The position numbers and the translations under genes were made by a program. Below the pieces are notes generated by a model. The model made no database searches, was not told the origin of the DNA, and was given only the letters and a program-made list of their open reading frames with translations. A DNA stretch of 64,000 nt from a virus. The stretch is from IMG/VR virus record IMGVR_UViG_3300020578_000058, positions 4,828 through 68,827 of that record; one strand, given 5' to 3'. This document shows, piece after piece, positions 26,195 through 36,257 of this stretch (position 1 is the first letter of the stretch; every line of letters starts with the position of its first letter).

Positions 26195-27508
26195 ATGAAC
26201 CGCACCGCAGCCGAAGAAGTTCGTCTCGTCGCCTACTTCGGCAAGACGCCCGACCCCACGCCTTCGGCCAAGTCCCGCTACGAGTGGGAACTTGCCGGGG
26301 ACGACGCGCTCACCCCTGCCGCCGAAGCCGCTCTCGTGGACAACTTGCGGAAGCGCATCTTTGGGCAGCGCACCGTGGGGCTCGTGGTTCGCATTCCCTT
26401 GTTCGGGAAGTCTCCCGTTTCGTTCTCGGGGCTGACCCTGCAAGACCTTCCGAAGAAGTTGCAGGGTGAGGTGTCGAACCTCGTTGCACCTTCGGGGGGT
26501 TCGCGCACCGTGAGCCACCCCAACCCCACGAACCTTCCCGAAGCCCCGCAAGGCACCATGCTCCGCGAGTTCGCGGCACCTGCGCCCGACCCCGACAGCC
26601 TCACCTCGCGCACCACGAAGTTGGCGGCGGGCCTCCCTCACGGCTCTCCTCTGCGCCGGTTCCTCGTGGCGACCGTGAAGGCTGCGTGCCCCGGTCACCT
26701 TGGGAACCCCATGCAGACCCCGCCGCAGTTGAGCCGCGCAAGCGCGCCGGGCGTGTCGTGCGGTTCCTGCACCTACTTCTGCCCGACCCGCAATGTCTGC
26801 AAGGCGTTCGGGGACTTCCCGGTGTCCGCTGACATGGTGTGTGCGGCATGGCAGGCCGAGGGCGAAGCAGGCATGGGCCAGCCTTCCGAGTTCGGGCTGC
26901 TCACGGCGTCCACAAAGAGAATGGCAAAGGGCACCCCCCGCTCCTTCTTGGAGCAGAACCCGACCGCACAGGTCGAGGTCATGCCCGAAGCAGGTATCAC
27001 CGTCATTCGGTACAACGGCGCCAAGTCGGGCAAGCCCGCCGCAGCCGTCTACTCGGGCAAGAGCGACAGCCCCTTGTGGGACTACTTCTTCGGGTCCGAG
27101 AGTGCCCGCGAGCAGTACATTGCCGACCAAGTGGAAAAGAGCAAGGCCGCCATGTCTGCTCGGCAAGAGCGGGCACAGGCCAAGCGGGACTTCCAACACG
27201 GCTTGAAGGACGGCGACATTCTCTATTCGTCGTGGGGCTACGACCAAACGAACATCAACTTCTACGAGGTCGTCGGCGTCGTCGGCAAGCAGGTGCTTAT
27301 CCGCGAAGTCGAGTCGAAGGCCGTCCGACACGAGCGCGGCGCTGACTATGTGGTGCCGGTCCCCGGTCGATACACGGGTGCGGTCTTGAAGAAAATCCCG
27401 CAGAAGGGCTACCGCGACCAAGCGTATGTGAAGGTGACCACCTCGCAGAACGCCTACCCGTGGGACGGCAAGCCCAAGTACGAGACGGCAGGGGGCTTCG
27501 GCCACTAA
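26195..27508 (+). CDS. Multidomain hypothetical protein (internal cargo-leader motif, HiPIP-like Cys domain, C-terminal WGYDQTN domain)
   Basis: CGSCTYF...C...F...V.....CAAW, followed later by GDILYSSWGYDQTNINFYEV. Confidence 0.65.
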   Translation: MNRTAAEEVRLVAYFGKTPDPTPSAKSRYEWELAGDDALTPAAEAALVDNLRKRIFGQRTVGLVVRIPLFGKSPVSFSGLTLQDLPKKLQGEVSNLVAPSGGSRTVSHPNPTNLPEAPQGTMLREFAAPAPDPDSLTSRTTKLAAGLPHGSPLRRFLVATVKAACPGHLGNPMQTPPQLSRASAPGVSCGSCTYFCPTRNVCKAFGDFPVSADMVCAAWQAEGEAGMGQPSEFGLLTASTKRMAKGTPRSFLEQNPTAQVEVMPEAGITVIRYNGAKSGKPAAAVYSGKSDSPLWDYFFGSESAREQYIADQVEKSKAAMSARQERAQAKRDFQHGLKDGDILYSSWGYDQTNINFYEVVGVVGKQVLIREVESKAVRHERGADYVVPVPGRYTGAVLKKIPQKGYRDQAYVKVTTSQNAYPWDGKPKYETAGGFGH

Positions 27509-27552
27509 CCTTCCGCGTGGGTAGGGTGGTCCCGTAGGGGGGGGCGTGGAAG

Positions 27553-28152
27553 GTGCTGATCGCCGTTTCGGGAAACATCGGGGCTGGAAAGTCTACTCTC
27601 GCCAAAGCCTTATGTGAGCGAGGTGGGCTTCACCTCATTCCCGAGCCGGTTGAGGACAACCCCTACCTCGCGGACTTCTACGCCGACCCTGTGCGGTGGG
27701 CGTACCACGCGCAGACCTTCATTATGGCCGTCCGGCATGAGCAACAGAAGCGGGCACACGATTTCTCCCGGTCGGGGACTTCGTGCTTGCTCGACAGGTG
27801 CTTGCACGAGGACCGCATCTTCGCAGCCGTGGCCCGCGACAAGGGGTATTTGGCCCCAAGGGAGTGGAACACCTACGCGACCTTGCACCGGGCGTTGCTC
27901 GCGTCGGCGCCGCCTCCCGAAGTAGTGGTTTACCTTCGCACCACGCCCGAGGTCGCGCAGTCCCGTATCTCGCTACGGGGCCGCACCGAAGAAGCGACCA
28001 TCCCGCTCGACTACCTCGCGGCGCTTCACGCCGAGTACGAGCAATGGGCCGAGAGCATGGAACTCACGACCCGCGTGCTCGTCGTGGACGCTTCGGAGAA
28101 CTTTGCTGACGCCGACGCCGTGTGGGCCGAGGTTCAAGCCTTCCGGTTGTAG
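27553..28152 (+). CDS. Deoxynucleoside kinase
   Basis: GNIGAGKST P-loop, EPV, DRCLHED (ERS/DRS-like) and lid RISLRGR..E. Confidence 0.9.
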   Translation: MLIAVSGNIGAGKSTLAKALCERGGLHLIPEPVEDNPYLADFYADPVRWAYHAQTFIMAVRHEQQKRAHDFSRSGTSCLLDRCLHEDRIFAAVARDKGYLAPREWNTYATLHRALLASAPPPEVVVYLRTTPEVAQSRISLRGRTEEATIPLDYLAALHAEYEQWAESMELTTRVLVVDASENFADADAVWAEVQAFRL

Positions 28153-28649
28153 CGGGCGAGCAGGGCGCGCACGGCTTCTTCGTCCGAAGCGTTCTCAATG
28201 GCGTTCGCCAAGTCGTCGTCCCCTTCTTCGGGTTCGGGTTCCATGCCCCCATCCTCGTCCATGCCCCCATCTTCGTTGTCGAGTTCGTCCTCCTCGTAGT
28301 AGGCGAACCTGTCCTCCAAGACAGGTTCTTCGACGGGAAGCGGGGTCAAGGGTGCCGGGGGTGCTGCGGGCCTCGGAGCCGCGACCACGGGCTGCGCCGG
28401 AAGCAGGGCCAACAACCCCTTCAATGCGGCCACCTCTCCTGCAAGGAAGTCGGCACGGCTCTGCACCTTCTTGCGAAGGCTTTCCACCTCGTCGTGGATT
28501 GCCTTCACGCGCCCTGCGGCGTCCTGTTCAACCTCTGCGATTTTGGTGTCGAACTGTGCTTTGAGCGTGTCGAACTGCTGCGGCAGCGCGCCGCGCTCTT
28601 GCGTCAAGAGGTTGATTTGCTCGGTCAGGTAGGCGCGAAGGTCGGTCAT
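28134..28649 (-). CDS. Coiled-coil protein with acidic tail
   Basis: Heptad-like N-terminus, Pro-rich linker and D/E-rich C-terminus. Confidence 0.7.
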   Translation of the reverse strand: MTDLRAYLTEQINLLTQERGALPQQFDTLKAQFDTKIAEVEQDAAGRVKAIHDEVESLRKKVQSRADFLAGEVAALKGLLALLPAQPVVAAPRPAAPPAPLTPLPVEEPVLEDRFAYYEEDELDNEDGGMDEDGGMEPEPEEGDDDLANAIENASDEEAVRALLARYNRKA

Positions 28650-28652
28650 GGG

Positions 28653-29021
28653 CTAACACACTCCCGGTTTCACGAACGATACCCGTAGCCCGGCCCCCGC
28701 CCCTCCCCCGGTGTCGCTGAACAAGTCCACCTCTTGTTCTGCGCTAATTGTGAGCGATGTCAAGGGCTCCGTTCCCTGCATGACCCCGTAGAGCACAATG
28801 GCGTCCGAGAGGTACGAGGGGACGGTCACGGTGTAAGCGAACCGCCCCGTGTCTCCCGGCACCGCCGTCATTGGAGTCGCGGGGGGCACGAGCACCGTCT
28901 TGACGCCGTTCACGAAGTAGAAGGCATAGATAGTCGGGTCGGCGGGCACAACGGGATCTCCGGCCCCGTCGAGGAACAGGACCGTGAAAGTGAACGGTTG
29001 ACCAATGACCGCCTTCGCCAT
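28653..29021 (-). CDS. Small beta-sandwich hypothetical protein
   Basis: AAGGA upstream. Resembles the Ig-like N-terminal part of 40743-41639 (P..P......Y...G...L..P....P.......G.Y/F). Confidence 0.6.
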   Translation of the reverse strand: MAKAVIGQPFTFTVLFLDGAGDPVVPADPTIYAFYFVNGVKTVLVPPATPMTAVPGDTGRFAYTVTVPSYLSDAIVLYGVMQGTEPLTSLTISAEQEVDLFSDTGGGAGAGLRVSFVKPGVC

Positions 29022-29404
29022 GTTGGGTCAGTCCTTCTTGGCGCGGGCTTCCCACGCGGCCTTCGGCACCCAAGTCGCACCGTCCCACACCATGCCGTCG
29101 CGCTCCTCACCCACCGCTACGGAAGGCGCGTGGAGGTTCGGAAGGCTCGTTGACTTCGGGGCCGTGACGGACACGCTGCGCTTCAAGAAGGCCATGTTCT
29201 ACTCCTTTCCGACTACGGGAGCATAGCACCGCTACCGGCACAAAAACTTCTGCGGTTGCCCGCCTATGCAACCCTATATGGGCAAGGGCACCACGGCACG
29301 GGCCGCTCAACCTACGACACGATCCGTGCGAGTGTCCACCCCTCCTCCCGTCGCGCTTTCCCCTCGGGCTTCGCTCACACAATTCCTCCCAAGAGGTAGT
29401 CCAC

Positions 29405-32400
29405 ATGGCTACGCAGGACAAGAACCTGATCGTTCTCAACAGCGGTCAGTTGGAGAAGGCCGCCGCCACCGACACCATTCGGGTTTACAGCCTGACGGTG
29501 GACGCGGGCGCCGACATCACGGGCGACACCAAGATCACGGGTGATCTGGAAGTCACCGGCACCATTGTCAGCAAGGACACCGAGAACGTCGTCATCAGCG
29601 ATGCGTTCCTCGACCTTGCTTTCGGCAACACCACGACCACGCCCTCGGCGGGTGGTATCACCGTCACGATGAACCGTGCCTCGGGCTTCACGCTTGAGAC
29701 GGTCACGGCCTTCACGGCGGGTTCGGCTCCCACTACCCCCCCGACCTTCACCGTGTCGGGCGGCTCCACCGCTCTCGCGGCTGGCGACATTGTTGCCATC
29801 ACGGGTGCAACCGATGTGAACAACGACGGCTTGTTCGTCGTTGCGGGCGTTGCGGCTGGCGTCGTGACCATCAAGGGTATCGGCGGCACCTCCCCGAGCG
29901 GCTCTGTCCCCTTCGTGCAGAACCAGTTCACGGCGGGCACGGCGCAAACTGCTTCGGCCTACAAGGTGGACCTCTCGGCCTTCGCGTTTGCGGACGGCAC
30001 GGCCTCCTTCAAGGAGCCGGGTGGCGCTTCTTGGGGCAAGGGCACCTTCGTCACGGCCTACGCCTCGAACGCCACCGAGAGTGACTTCACCGGCAACGGC
30101 GATTGGGACTCGGCAGCGCAGACCTCCTTGCAGGAGGCGTATATCGTCGGCAACACCATCACCACGTCTGTTGGTGAGGGCGATGTTGTTGTTGCGGGCA
30201 CCGAGAAGTTGGATGTGACCGCCACGGGCGGCGTGTCCATCAGCACCATCCTCGACCTCAACGGCTCGATGGACGCCGATGTTACCACCTACGATGTGGA
30301 CGCCTCTGGCGCGTACACGGTCACGGCGGGCGCAGCGTCGAAGATCAACACCACGGCTGGGGACTTGACCCTCGACGCCGAGGCGGCGAGCCTCGTCCTC
30401 GACGGTGGTGAAGCCGCTGCCGACGCGGTGCGTATCGTCGCTTCCAACGCGGGCGGCGGTATCGACATCGACGCGGGCACGGCGGGTATTGCCCTCGACA
30501 GCACCGGGGCCATCAGCCTCGCTGCGGTTGGCGCTTCGGACTTCACGGTGGCGGGCAACCTCACCTTGGAGACGAGCGGCGCGGGCATCACCGATGTGAA
30601 GTCGGCTGCCGAAGTGCAGGTCACCACGCTCCTGCTCGATGTGAACGCCTCGGGCGCGGTCGAAGTGAACGCCGCTGCGGCTTCGCACTTCACGGTCGCG
30701 GGCGCTGCCCTCACCCTGTCCACCACCACGAGCGGCAACCTCGTTCTCGGCGCCGCTGGCAACATCGACGCCGACGCCGTGCAAGTCACCGTTGACGCCA
30801 CCAACTTGGTGTCCATCGGTGCCGGTGCCGCCTCCAACTTCACCGTGTCCACGGGCGACCTGTCGCTCACCGCCACGGCGTCTTCGGTGGTCATCACGGG
30901 CGGCGAGGCCGCTGCCGACGCCGTGACCATCACCGCTTCCAACGCGGCGGGTGGCCTCGACCTCAACGCGGGCACGGGTGGCATCACCCTCGACACCTCG
31001 GGCGCGTTGAGCCTCGACTCGACCGGCACCGCCTCCAACCTGTCGCTCACCGCGAACGACGCTGGCACCGCCACGTTGACCATCGCGGCGACCAACGCGG
31101 GTGCGGGCGTTGCCGACCTCGACATTGACGCGGACGGGGCCATCACCGTTGACGGTGCCTCGTTCAGCGTTGACGGTACGAGCGCGTCGAACATGACCGT
31201 GACGGGGGGCAACCTCACCGTCAGCACGGTCACGAGCGGTGTTCTCGCCGTCACGGCGGCGGGCAACCTCGACATGGACGCGGGTGGCGCCGTCACCCTC
31301 GACGCCTCCGGTGGTTCCATCAGCATCGGCGGCAACGCCAACGCCCACGGGATCAACATCGGCACGGGTGCGGCGGCTCGCACCATCACGGTCGGTAACA
31401 CGACGGGGGCCACCGCCCTCGATGTGAACCTCGGCACGGGTGGTATGACCGTTGACACGCAGTCCGGCGGGGCCATCAGCCTCGACGCGGTGGGTGCGGC
31501 CTCCAACTTCTCGGTTGACGGCGGCAACCTCACCCTGTCCACGGCCACGAGCGGCAACCTCATCCTCGCCTCGGCTGCTGCCGTGGACATGGACGCGGCG
31601 ACCGATGTGACCGTTGACGCGGGCGGGCTCATCAGCCTCGACGCGGCGACCTCCTCCAACTTCACCGTCACGGGCTCGGGTCAGGACTTGACCCTCGCGG
31701 TGGCGGGCGGCGGCGCGCAGAAGTTGGTGGCTTCTTCGGCGGGTACGGGCGCGGACGCGGTTCGCGTCAACGCCTCGGCAGGCGGTATCGACATCGACGC
31801 TTCGGCGGGCGGCATCACCGTGGACACCACGGGCGTTCTGTCCCTCGACGGCGGTGACTTCACCGACCTGACCATGAGCGCCAACAACGCCGCGGGCAAG
31901 ACCCTCACCATCGAGGCCAAGAACGCGGGTGCGGGCACCGCCAACATCGCCGTGAAGGCCAAGAGCGTCATCCAGTTGGGCGACTCGTCCACCTACTCCT
32001 CGGCGTTCATTCAAGCGCAGCACTTCCTCGTGTTCCAGCAGGCCGCAGGCTTGGATGTCGAGGCGGGTGAGGCGTTGGCGCAGGGTGATGCGGTTGTCGC
32101 CAAGTGGGACGCGGGTGCCTCCAAGGTCCGCTACTTCAAGGCGGCGAACAACGCCGGTTCCGACTTGGAGCGCAATGTCCACGGCATCGCGCAGAACCCG
32201 GCGGGTGCTGCGGGCAACATGATCAAGATGGGCTCCGTGCCCGGCGTGCAGATGACCACCGCTCTCACCAGCCTCACCAGCGCGGACATCGGCAAGCCCC
32301 TGTTCCTCGGAACGGGTGGTGCGCTCTCGGTCACCCCGCCGACCGCTTCGGGCACCTCGGTGTTCCGTGCGGGCTTCGTGATCAGCCACAACGGCGGTCC

Positions 32401-32455
32401 CGGCGGCAAGGCCATTGTGCTGTTCCAGCCGCAGTTCATCGCCAAGATCCTCTGA
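29405..32455 (+). CDS. Long fibre protein (repetitive beta structure) with C-terminal capsid-cement/head-fibre-like domain
   Basis: 1,016 aa, G/A/T/S-rich, with recurring ASNFTVxxGxLTLST and GGIxIDAGTGGITLD units. C-terminus reads AGEALAQGD...GKPLFLGTGGALSVTPP. Confidence 0.7.
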   Translation: MATQDKNLIVLNSGQLEKAAATDTIRVYSLTVDAGADITGDTKITGDLEVTGTIVSKDTENVVISDAFLDLAFGNTTTTPSAGGITVTMNRASGFTLETVTAFTAGSAPTTPPTFTVSGGSTALAAGDIVAITGATDVNNDGLFVVAGVAAGVVTIKGIGGTSPSGSVPFVQNQFTAGTAQTASAYKVDLSAFAFADGTASFKEPGGASWGKGTFVTAYASNATESDFTGNGDWDSAAQTSLQEAYIVGNTITTSVGEGDVVVAGTEKLDVTATGGVSISTILDLNGSMDADVTTYDVDASGAYTVTAGAASKINTTAGDLTLDAEAASLVLDGGEAAADAVRIVASNAGGGIDIDAGTAGIALDSTGAISLAAVGASDFTVAGNLTLETSGAGITDVKSAAEVQVTTLLLDVNASGAVEVNAAAASHFTVAGAALTLSTTTSGNLVLGAAGNIDADAVQVTVDATNLVSIGAGAASNFTVSTGDLSLTATASSVVITGGEAAADAVTITASNAAGGLDLNAGTGGITLDTSGALSLDSTGTASNLSLTANDAGTATLTIAATNAGAGVADLDIDADGAITVDGASFSVDGTSASNMTVTGGNLTVSTVTSGVLAVTAAGNLDMDAGGAVTLDASGGSISIGGNANAHGINIGTGAAARTITVGNTTGATALDVNLGTGGMTVDTQSGGAISLDAVGAASNFSVDGGNLTLSTATSGNLILASAAAVDMDAATDVTVDAGGLISLDAATSSNFTVTGSGQDLTLAVAGGGAQKLVASSAGTGADAVRVNASAGGIDIDASAGGITVDTTGVLSLDGGDFTDLTMSANNAAGKTLTIEAKNAGAGTANIAVKAKSVIQLGDSSTYSSAFIQAQHFLVFQQAAGLDVEAGEALAQGDAVVAKWDAGASKVRYFKAANNAGSDLERNVHGIAQNPAGAAGNMIKMGSVPGVQMTTALTSLTSADIGKPLFLGTGGALSVTPPTASGTSVFRAGFVISHNGGPGGKAIVLFQPQFIAKIL

Positions 32456-32544
32456 TCTTTCGGTGAACTGAAACCAGCGGGGGTGGGGGGTGAGAGCCCT
32501 CCATCCCCGTTCGGTTTATGGGTATTGTCCACCTCGGAGGCTAC

Positions 32545-33048
32545 ATGGCTACGCCCGCTACCCAACCTGTCGCCAACAAGCAGATGCGTGTCGGGCTCGG
32601 AGAAGCCATTCAACGCCTCTTGCGAGTTGAGGCCCGTCTTATGAACGGCTTTGCCGCCGTCGAAGAAGAAGACCTCGCGCAGCGACAACTCATTCTTGAC
32701 GCGCTCAACCTCACGCAACTTGACCTCGGGTTCGACTGCGACGGGGACGACATTCCCGACACGGTGGACATTTTTGAGAAGGCGGCGCAGACCTCGTGCT
32801 GCCGCATTGTCACCGAGGCCCCCAAGCAGAAGAAGGCGAAGGGCAAGTCCCGTGTGGCCGAGGAGAAGGCGGCGGCTCCTGCGCCCGTCTTTGAGGTGGT
32901 GGCCCCCGCACCTGCGCCCCCCGAACTTCCGCCGGTTCCCGCCCCGGCTTCCGAGGCGCAAGCAGACACCAACCCCACCGCCAAGAAGCAACCAAAGAAG
33001 TCCAAGGGCTTCTTCGGAACGCTGTTCGGCGGCTCCAACGACGAGTGA
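32545..33048 (+). CDS. Hypothetical protein (possible fibre chaperone)
   Basis: GGAGG RBS, DCDGDDIPD Ca-binding-like loop and Pro-rich tail. Confidence 0.55.
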   Translation: MATPATQPVANKQMRVGLGEAIQRLLRVEARLMNGFAAVEEEDLAQRQLILDALNLTQLDLGFDCDGDDIPDTVDIFEKAAQTSCCRIVTEAPKQKKAKGKSRVAEEKAAAPAPVFEVVAPAPAPPELPPVPAPASEAQADTNPTAKKQPKKSKGFFGTLFGGSNDE

Positions 33049-33056
33049 GGTGACCC

Positions 33057-33392
33057 GTGCCGACCTTCCTGTTTCTTTGTGCGGCCTACGGCTTGTGCTT
33101 CGGGCTCATGAACGACAAGGCACCTCTCGTGCCCTTGCTTCGCAAACTTCCGCTGTTCCCTGACGCGGAGGGGCGGACCTTCTTCTCGCGCATGTTCGCA
33201 TGTCCCTACTGCACGGGGTTCCATGCAGGGTGGCTCACTTGGTTGCTCCTGCGCCTGCCGGGACACCTCGTAGCAGGGGGCCTCGACCCTCTCGTGCTCG
33301 GGGGTGAGGTTCTTGCTCACGCCTTTGCGGCGAGTGCGTTCTGCTACCTTGCGGACATTGTGGCCCAATGGGTCGAAGAACAGACTTCCTGA
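33057..33392 (+). CDS. Small membrane protein (DUF1360-like, CPYC motif)
   Basis: Hydrophobic segments and MFACPYCTGFHAG. Confidence 0.6.
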   Translation: MPTFLFLCAAYGLCFGLMNDKAPLVPLLRKLPLFPDAEGRTFFSRMFACPYCTGFHAGWLTWLLLRLPGHLVAGGLDPLVLGGEVLAHAFAASAFCYLADIVAQWVEEQTS

Positions 33393-33410
33393 CCCTTACC
33401 GGGTGCGCGC

Positions 33411-33710
33411 ATGTCCCGTCCTACTGACAGCAGGGCAATGGTCCGGTGTGAGGTGACAATGGGGGGCGAAAGCCCCTTCGGCACCTACGCCAATGCCTTC
33501 CGCATTGTCCCCGACAATGAGCATGAGGTGTTCTTGGACTTTTGCATCTACTCGGCGCACACCAACACCGCCCAAGTGGTGTCCCGCGTCCGCGTGGCCG
33601 TGGAGTTCCTTGCGACCGTGCAAGAGCGGATTGCTCGGGATGTTGAAGCCGCCCCGACGCGCAATACGCTGTTTTTGGTGAACCTTCCGAACGGTGGTGA
33701 GGAGAACTGA
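33411..33710 (+). CDS. DUF3467-like protein
   Basis: YANAFRI...EVFLDF...VVSRVRV pattern. Start uncertain. Confidence 0.55.
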   Translation: MSRPTDSRAMVRCEVTMGGESPFGTYANAFRIVPDNEHEVFLDFCIYSAHTNTAQVVSRVRVAVEFLATVQERIARDVEAAPTRNTLFLVNLPNGGEEN

Positions 33711-33711
33711 C

Positions 33712-34128
33712 ATGCCCGTTGCGCGTGGCACCAACGCTATCGGAACAGGGGCCTTCGTTACGCTCCCCAATGTGCTCGCCTCGGAGTCATTGGCTACGGG
33801 GCTGGCCGTAGGGCTGAACCCCTCGGGAGAAGTGGTGCGGTGCTCGGCGGCTACTCTCGGCTACACCTTCCTTGGGTTCATGTTGACAAGCGCGGCAACC
33901 GGCGCTCCTGTCTCCATTGTCTCCATGCGCGGGTCCGCCGTCGTGCCCGTGGTCGAAGGCGGCGGGCCGCTCACCCCCGGCGACAAGGTGTTCCTCTCGG
34001 GGACTTTGGGCGAAGTGTCGCACACGCCTCCCACGGGCGCGGGCTTCACCTCGGTCCAAGTAGGCATTGCGACCTCGGCCACGCAAATGGTTCTGCTCAC
34101 CGACCAACGGGTGCTGTTGCTCGGGTGA
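33712..34128 (+). CDS. Capsid-cement/head-fibre-base-like protein, paralogous to the fibre C-terminus
   Basis: ASESLATGLAV...LTPGDKVFLSGTLGEVSHTPP...VQVGIA aligns with the C-terminus of 29405-32455. Confidence 0.6.
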   Translation: MPVARGTNAIGTGAFVTLPNVLASESLATGLAVGLNPSGEVVRCSAATLGYTFLGFMLTSAATGAPVSIVSMRGSAVVPVVEGGGPLTPGDKVFLSGTLGEVSHTPPTGAGFTSVQVGIATSATQMVLLTDQRVLLLG

Positions 34129-34182
34129 GGCGGGTACGGTTCTTCACCCGCTCTCGCCTTTCCTTTCAGTCAGGAGAACTTC

Positions 34183-35241
34183 ATGCAAGCCGACACCGCG
34201 TTCCGTGCCTACCGCGCCATCTACAAGATTCATGTGGGAGGATTGGAGCGGGACATTCTCAAAGACGATGTGGTTCACTTCGACGGGACGAGCATGAAGG
34301 TGGGCGACAAAGCGGTGGAAGCCCCCACGCTCGTCGCCGCTATCAAGGTCGGGTGGCTTGTTCCCTTTGACCAGCAGGGGGGCGAGTACAAGCCTGCACC
34401 GGCCAATGTGCAGATGCACAAGGCGGCTCCTACCGGCCCCGAGCGCAAGCCCATCGCCAAGACCGTCGTTCACGACGAGGAGCGCGATGTGGGCCACCTG
34501 TCCCGTGTCCGTGGTGCGAACGCCCCCGAGACGCACACCGCGAAGAACGCGGGCATGACCCACAAGGCTGCGAGCGCCAAGGAGGAAGCAGGCTCCGTGG
34601 ACGACGGCGTGGTGGTCGGGCGTTTCAAGACCCCTGCGCGTGCCGGGGCCATTGAGGTGGGCAAGGACGATCAGCGCGTGATACGCGACCTTGACCCGCT
34701 CACGGGTCGCAAGTTGGAGAGCCTCGTCGTCAAGACGGCTACGGGGGATGTGCAGGAACCTCGGGTGGGAGACACGCTGGACGAACTTCTGCCCGACGCG
34801 GCTTCGTCCTCTGTGCCCGATCCGGGCACCACCGACCCTGACACGCGCGCCCGCAACTACCGGGACATGGACACCCGCGCCAAGACCTTCGTGGGCAGTT
34901 CTTCGGTCGGCGGCATGGAGGAGGGCACCGTTATCGGCAAGGTCGGCACCAAGACCGCGACTTCCGAGAAGCAGGAGGCCCCCGCTATCGAACTCCCCGC
35001 CGAGAAGCAGGAGGAAACCGTCGTGGACGAGGTGCCGCCCGAGGCCATCGTCCAAGCCAAAATCGAGATGATTCAACAGTTCGTGCCGGGGTTCTCGTGG
35101 GACATGAAGGAGAACTGGATGGTGCGGGCCAAGACCGCCCTCGACAAGTACAAGGGCAACATGCCGGTTCTCAACGCCATTCTGTCCATTGAGACGCCCC
35201 CCGTCCGCAAGCGCATCATGAAGGCGCTCTACGGGGAGTAG
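34183..35241 (+). CDS. Hypothetical protein
   Basis: AGGAG RBS, 352-aa ORF with the phage codon pattern. Confidence 0.7.
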   Translation: MQADTAFRAYRAIYKIHVGGLERDILKDDVVHFDGTSMKVGDKAVEAPTLVAAIKVGWLVPFDQQGGEYKPAPANVQMHKAAPTGPERKPIAKTVVHDEERDVGHLSRVRGANAPETHTAKNAGMTHKAASAKEEAGSVDDGVVVGRFKTPARAGAIEVGKDDQRVIRDLDPLTGRKLESLVVKTATGDVQEPRVGDTLDELLPDAASSSVPDPGTTDPDTRARNYRDMDTRAKTFVGSSSVGGMEEGTVIGKVGTKTATSEKQEAPAIELPAEKQEETVVDEVPPEAIVQAKIEMIQQFVPGFSWDMKENWMVRAKTALDKYKGNMPVLNAILSIETPPVRKRIMKALYGE

Positions 35242-35303
35242 GCTCTTTCGGTGGCGCGGCTATCCCCCACCACACCGTAGGCGTGTGAGAAGGAGCGGTA
35301 GCC

Positions 35304-36257
35304 GTGCCCCGTAAGTCCGCAAGCACAGGTACACCCCTCGCGTGGTCGCTCCTCACCGAAGGGGCGACCAACGCCTCGTTGGAGGCGCACCGCTTGCGGC
35401 AGATGGTGAACCGGCTGCTCGTGCTCGTGGAGGCGTCCGAGAAGCGCGACCACCTGTACGAAGTGGCCGGGGACATCATCGTGGACTTCCCGCGCCACTT
35501 GCAGAACCTTGAGCGGCACCTCGACCGGCTCAACTACGCGCTTGCCTCGGTGGGGAAGAAGCAGTACCGCGACCGCATCCCCCTCACCGACAGGTACAAG
35601 GTGGACTACGCCATGCAAGACGCGGCGTTCCCCCTTGTCTCGGACGAGGCCCAAAGCCCGTTCCCCCCGCCGAAGCCCGAGACGGCGGCGCAGCGGGTGG
35701 CTCGGCGCTACGCCCAACAACGGCGGGCGGACCTGTCCCCGCCTCTCGGCGTCCCCGGCGGGCCGTGCCAAGTCATGAGGCGCATTGAGGACCGGGTGCG
35801 GAACCCGAGGGTGCGGGAAGAACTCATTGAGGATGTGGAGAGCGGCGGCGACCTCGACAACCAAGAGGCGTCGAAGGTCTACTCCCTTGAAGGTGAGAAG
35901 GGGGTGGACGGCACCCCCTTCAAGAGCCTCGTGCTGACCGCCCATGTGCAGTTTCGCATGGATCAACGCGCCGTGTCGGTGGCCGATGTGAAGGCGGCGC
36001 TGCTCAAGTTCCACGAGGCTTACGGCAAGGAGAAGTCCACCAACTCGCCCAAGTGGAAGGCGTGGGAGCAAGACCTCGACCGAGGGGAGCCTATTCGGTG
36101 GGACTCCCCCACGGGGCTGACCGTGGTGTTCACCGCTCGCGCGGTGGGTGTGGACCCCAAGGGGCGCAAGTTGCGGCAGGCTACGCTCGTGACGACCTAC
36201 TGGACCGGCAAGCCGAACCCCCGTCCGACCCCGGTGAACTCGTGCCCCGCCATGTGA
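35304..36257 (+). CDS. Multidomain hypothetical protein with RVARRY linker and C-terminal DUF4258/RelE-like domain
   Basis: AAGGAG RBS. C-terminal TAHVQFRMDQRAVS...LTVVF...LVTTYW. Confidence 0.55.
   Translation: MPRKSASTGTPLAWSLLTEGATNASLEAHRLRQMVNRLLVLVEASEKRDHLYEVAGDIIVDFPRHLQNLERHLDRLNYALASVGKKQYRDRIPLTDRYKVDYAMQDAAFPLVSDEAQSPFPPPKPETAAQRVARRYAQQRRADLSPPLGVPGGPCQVMRRIEDRVRNPRVREELIEDVESGGDLDNQEASKVYSLEGEKGVDGTPFKSLVLTAHVQFRMDQRAVSVADVKAALLKFHEAYGKEKSTNSPKWKAWEQDLDRGEPIRWDSPTGLTVVFTARAVGVDPKGRKLRQATLVTTYWTGKPNPRPTPVNSCPAM

Noticed and set aside
29005-29226. Small + strand ORF between divergent genes
   Set aside because: No convincing RBS or motif, and it overlaps the start of the minus-strand gene, so it cannot be supported.
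29375-32389. 1,004-aa and 460-aa minus-strand ORFs
   Set aside because: Shadows of the fibre gene.
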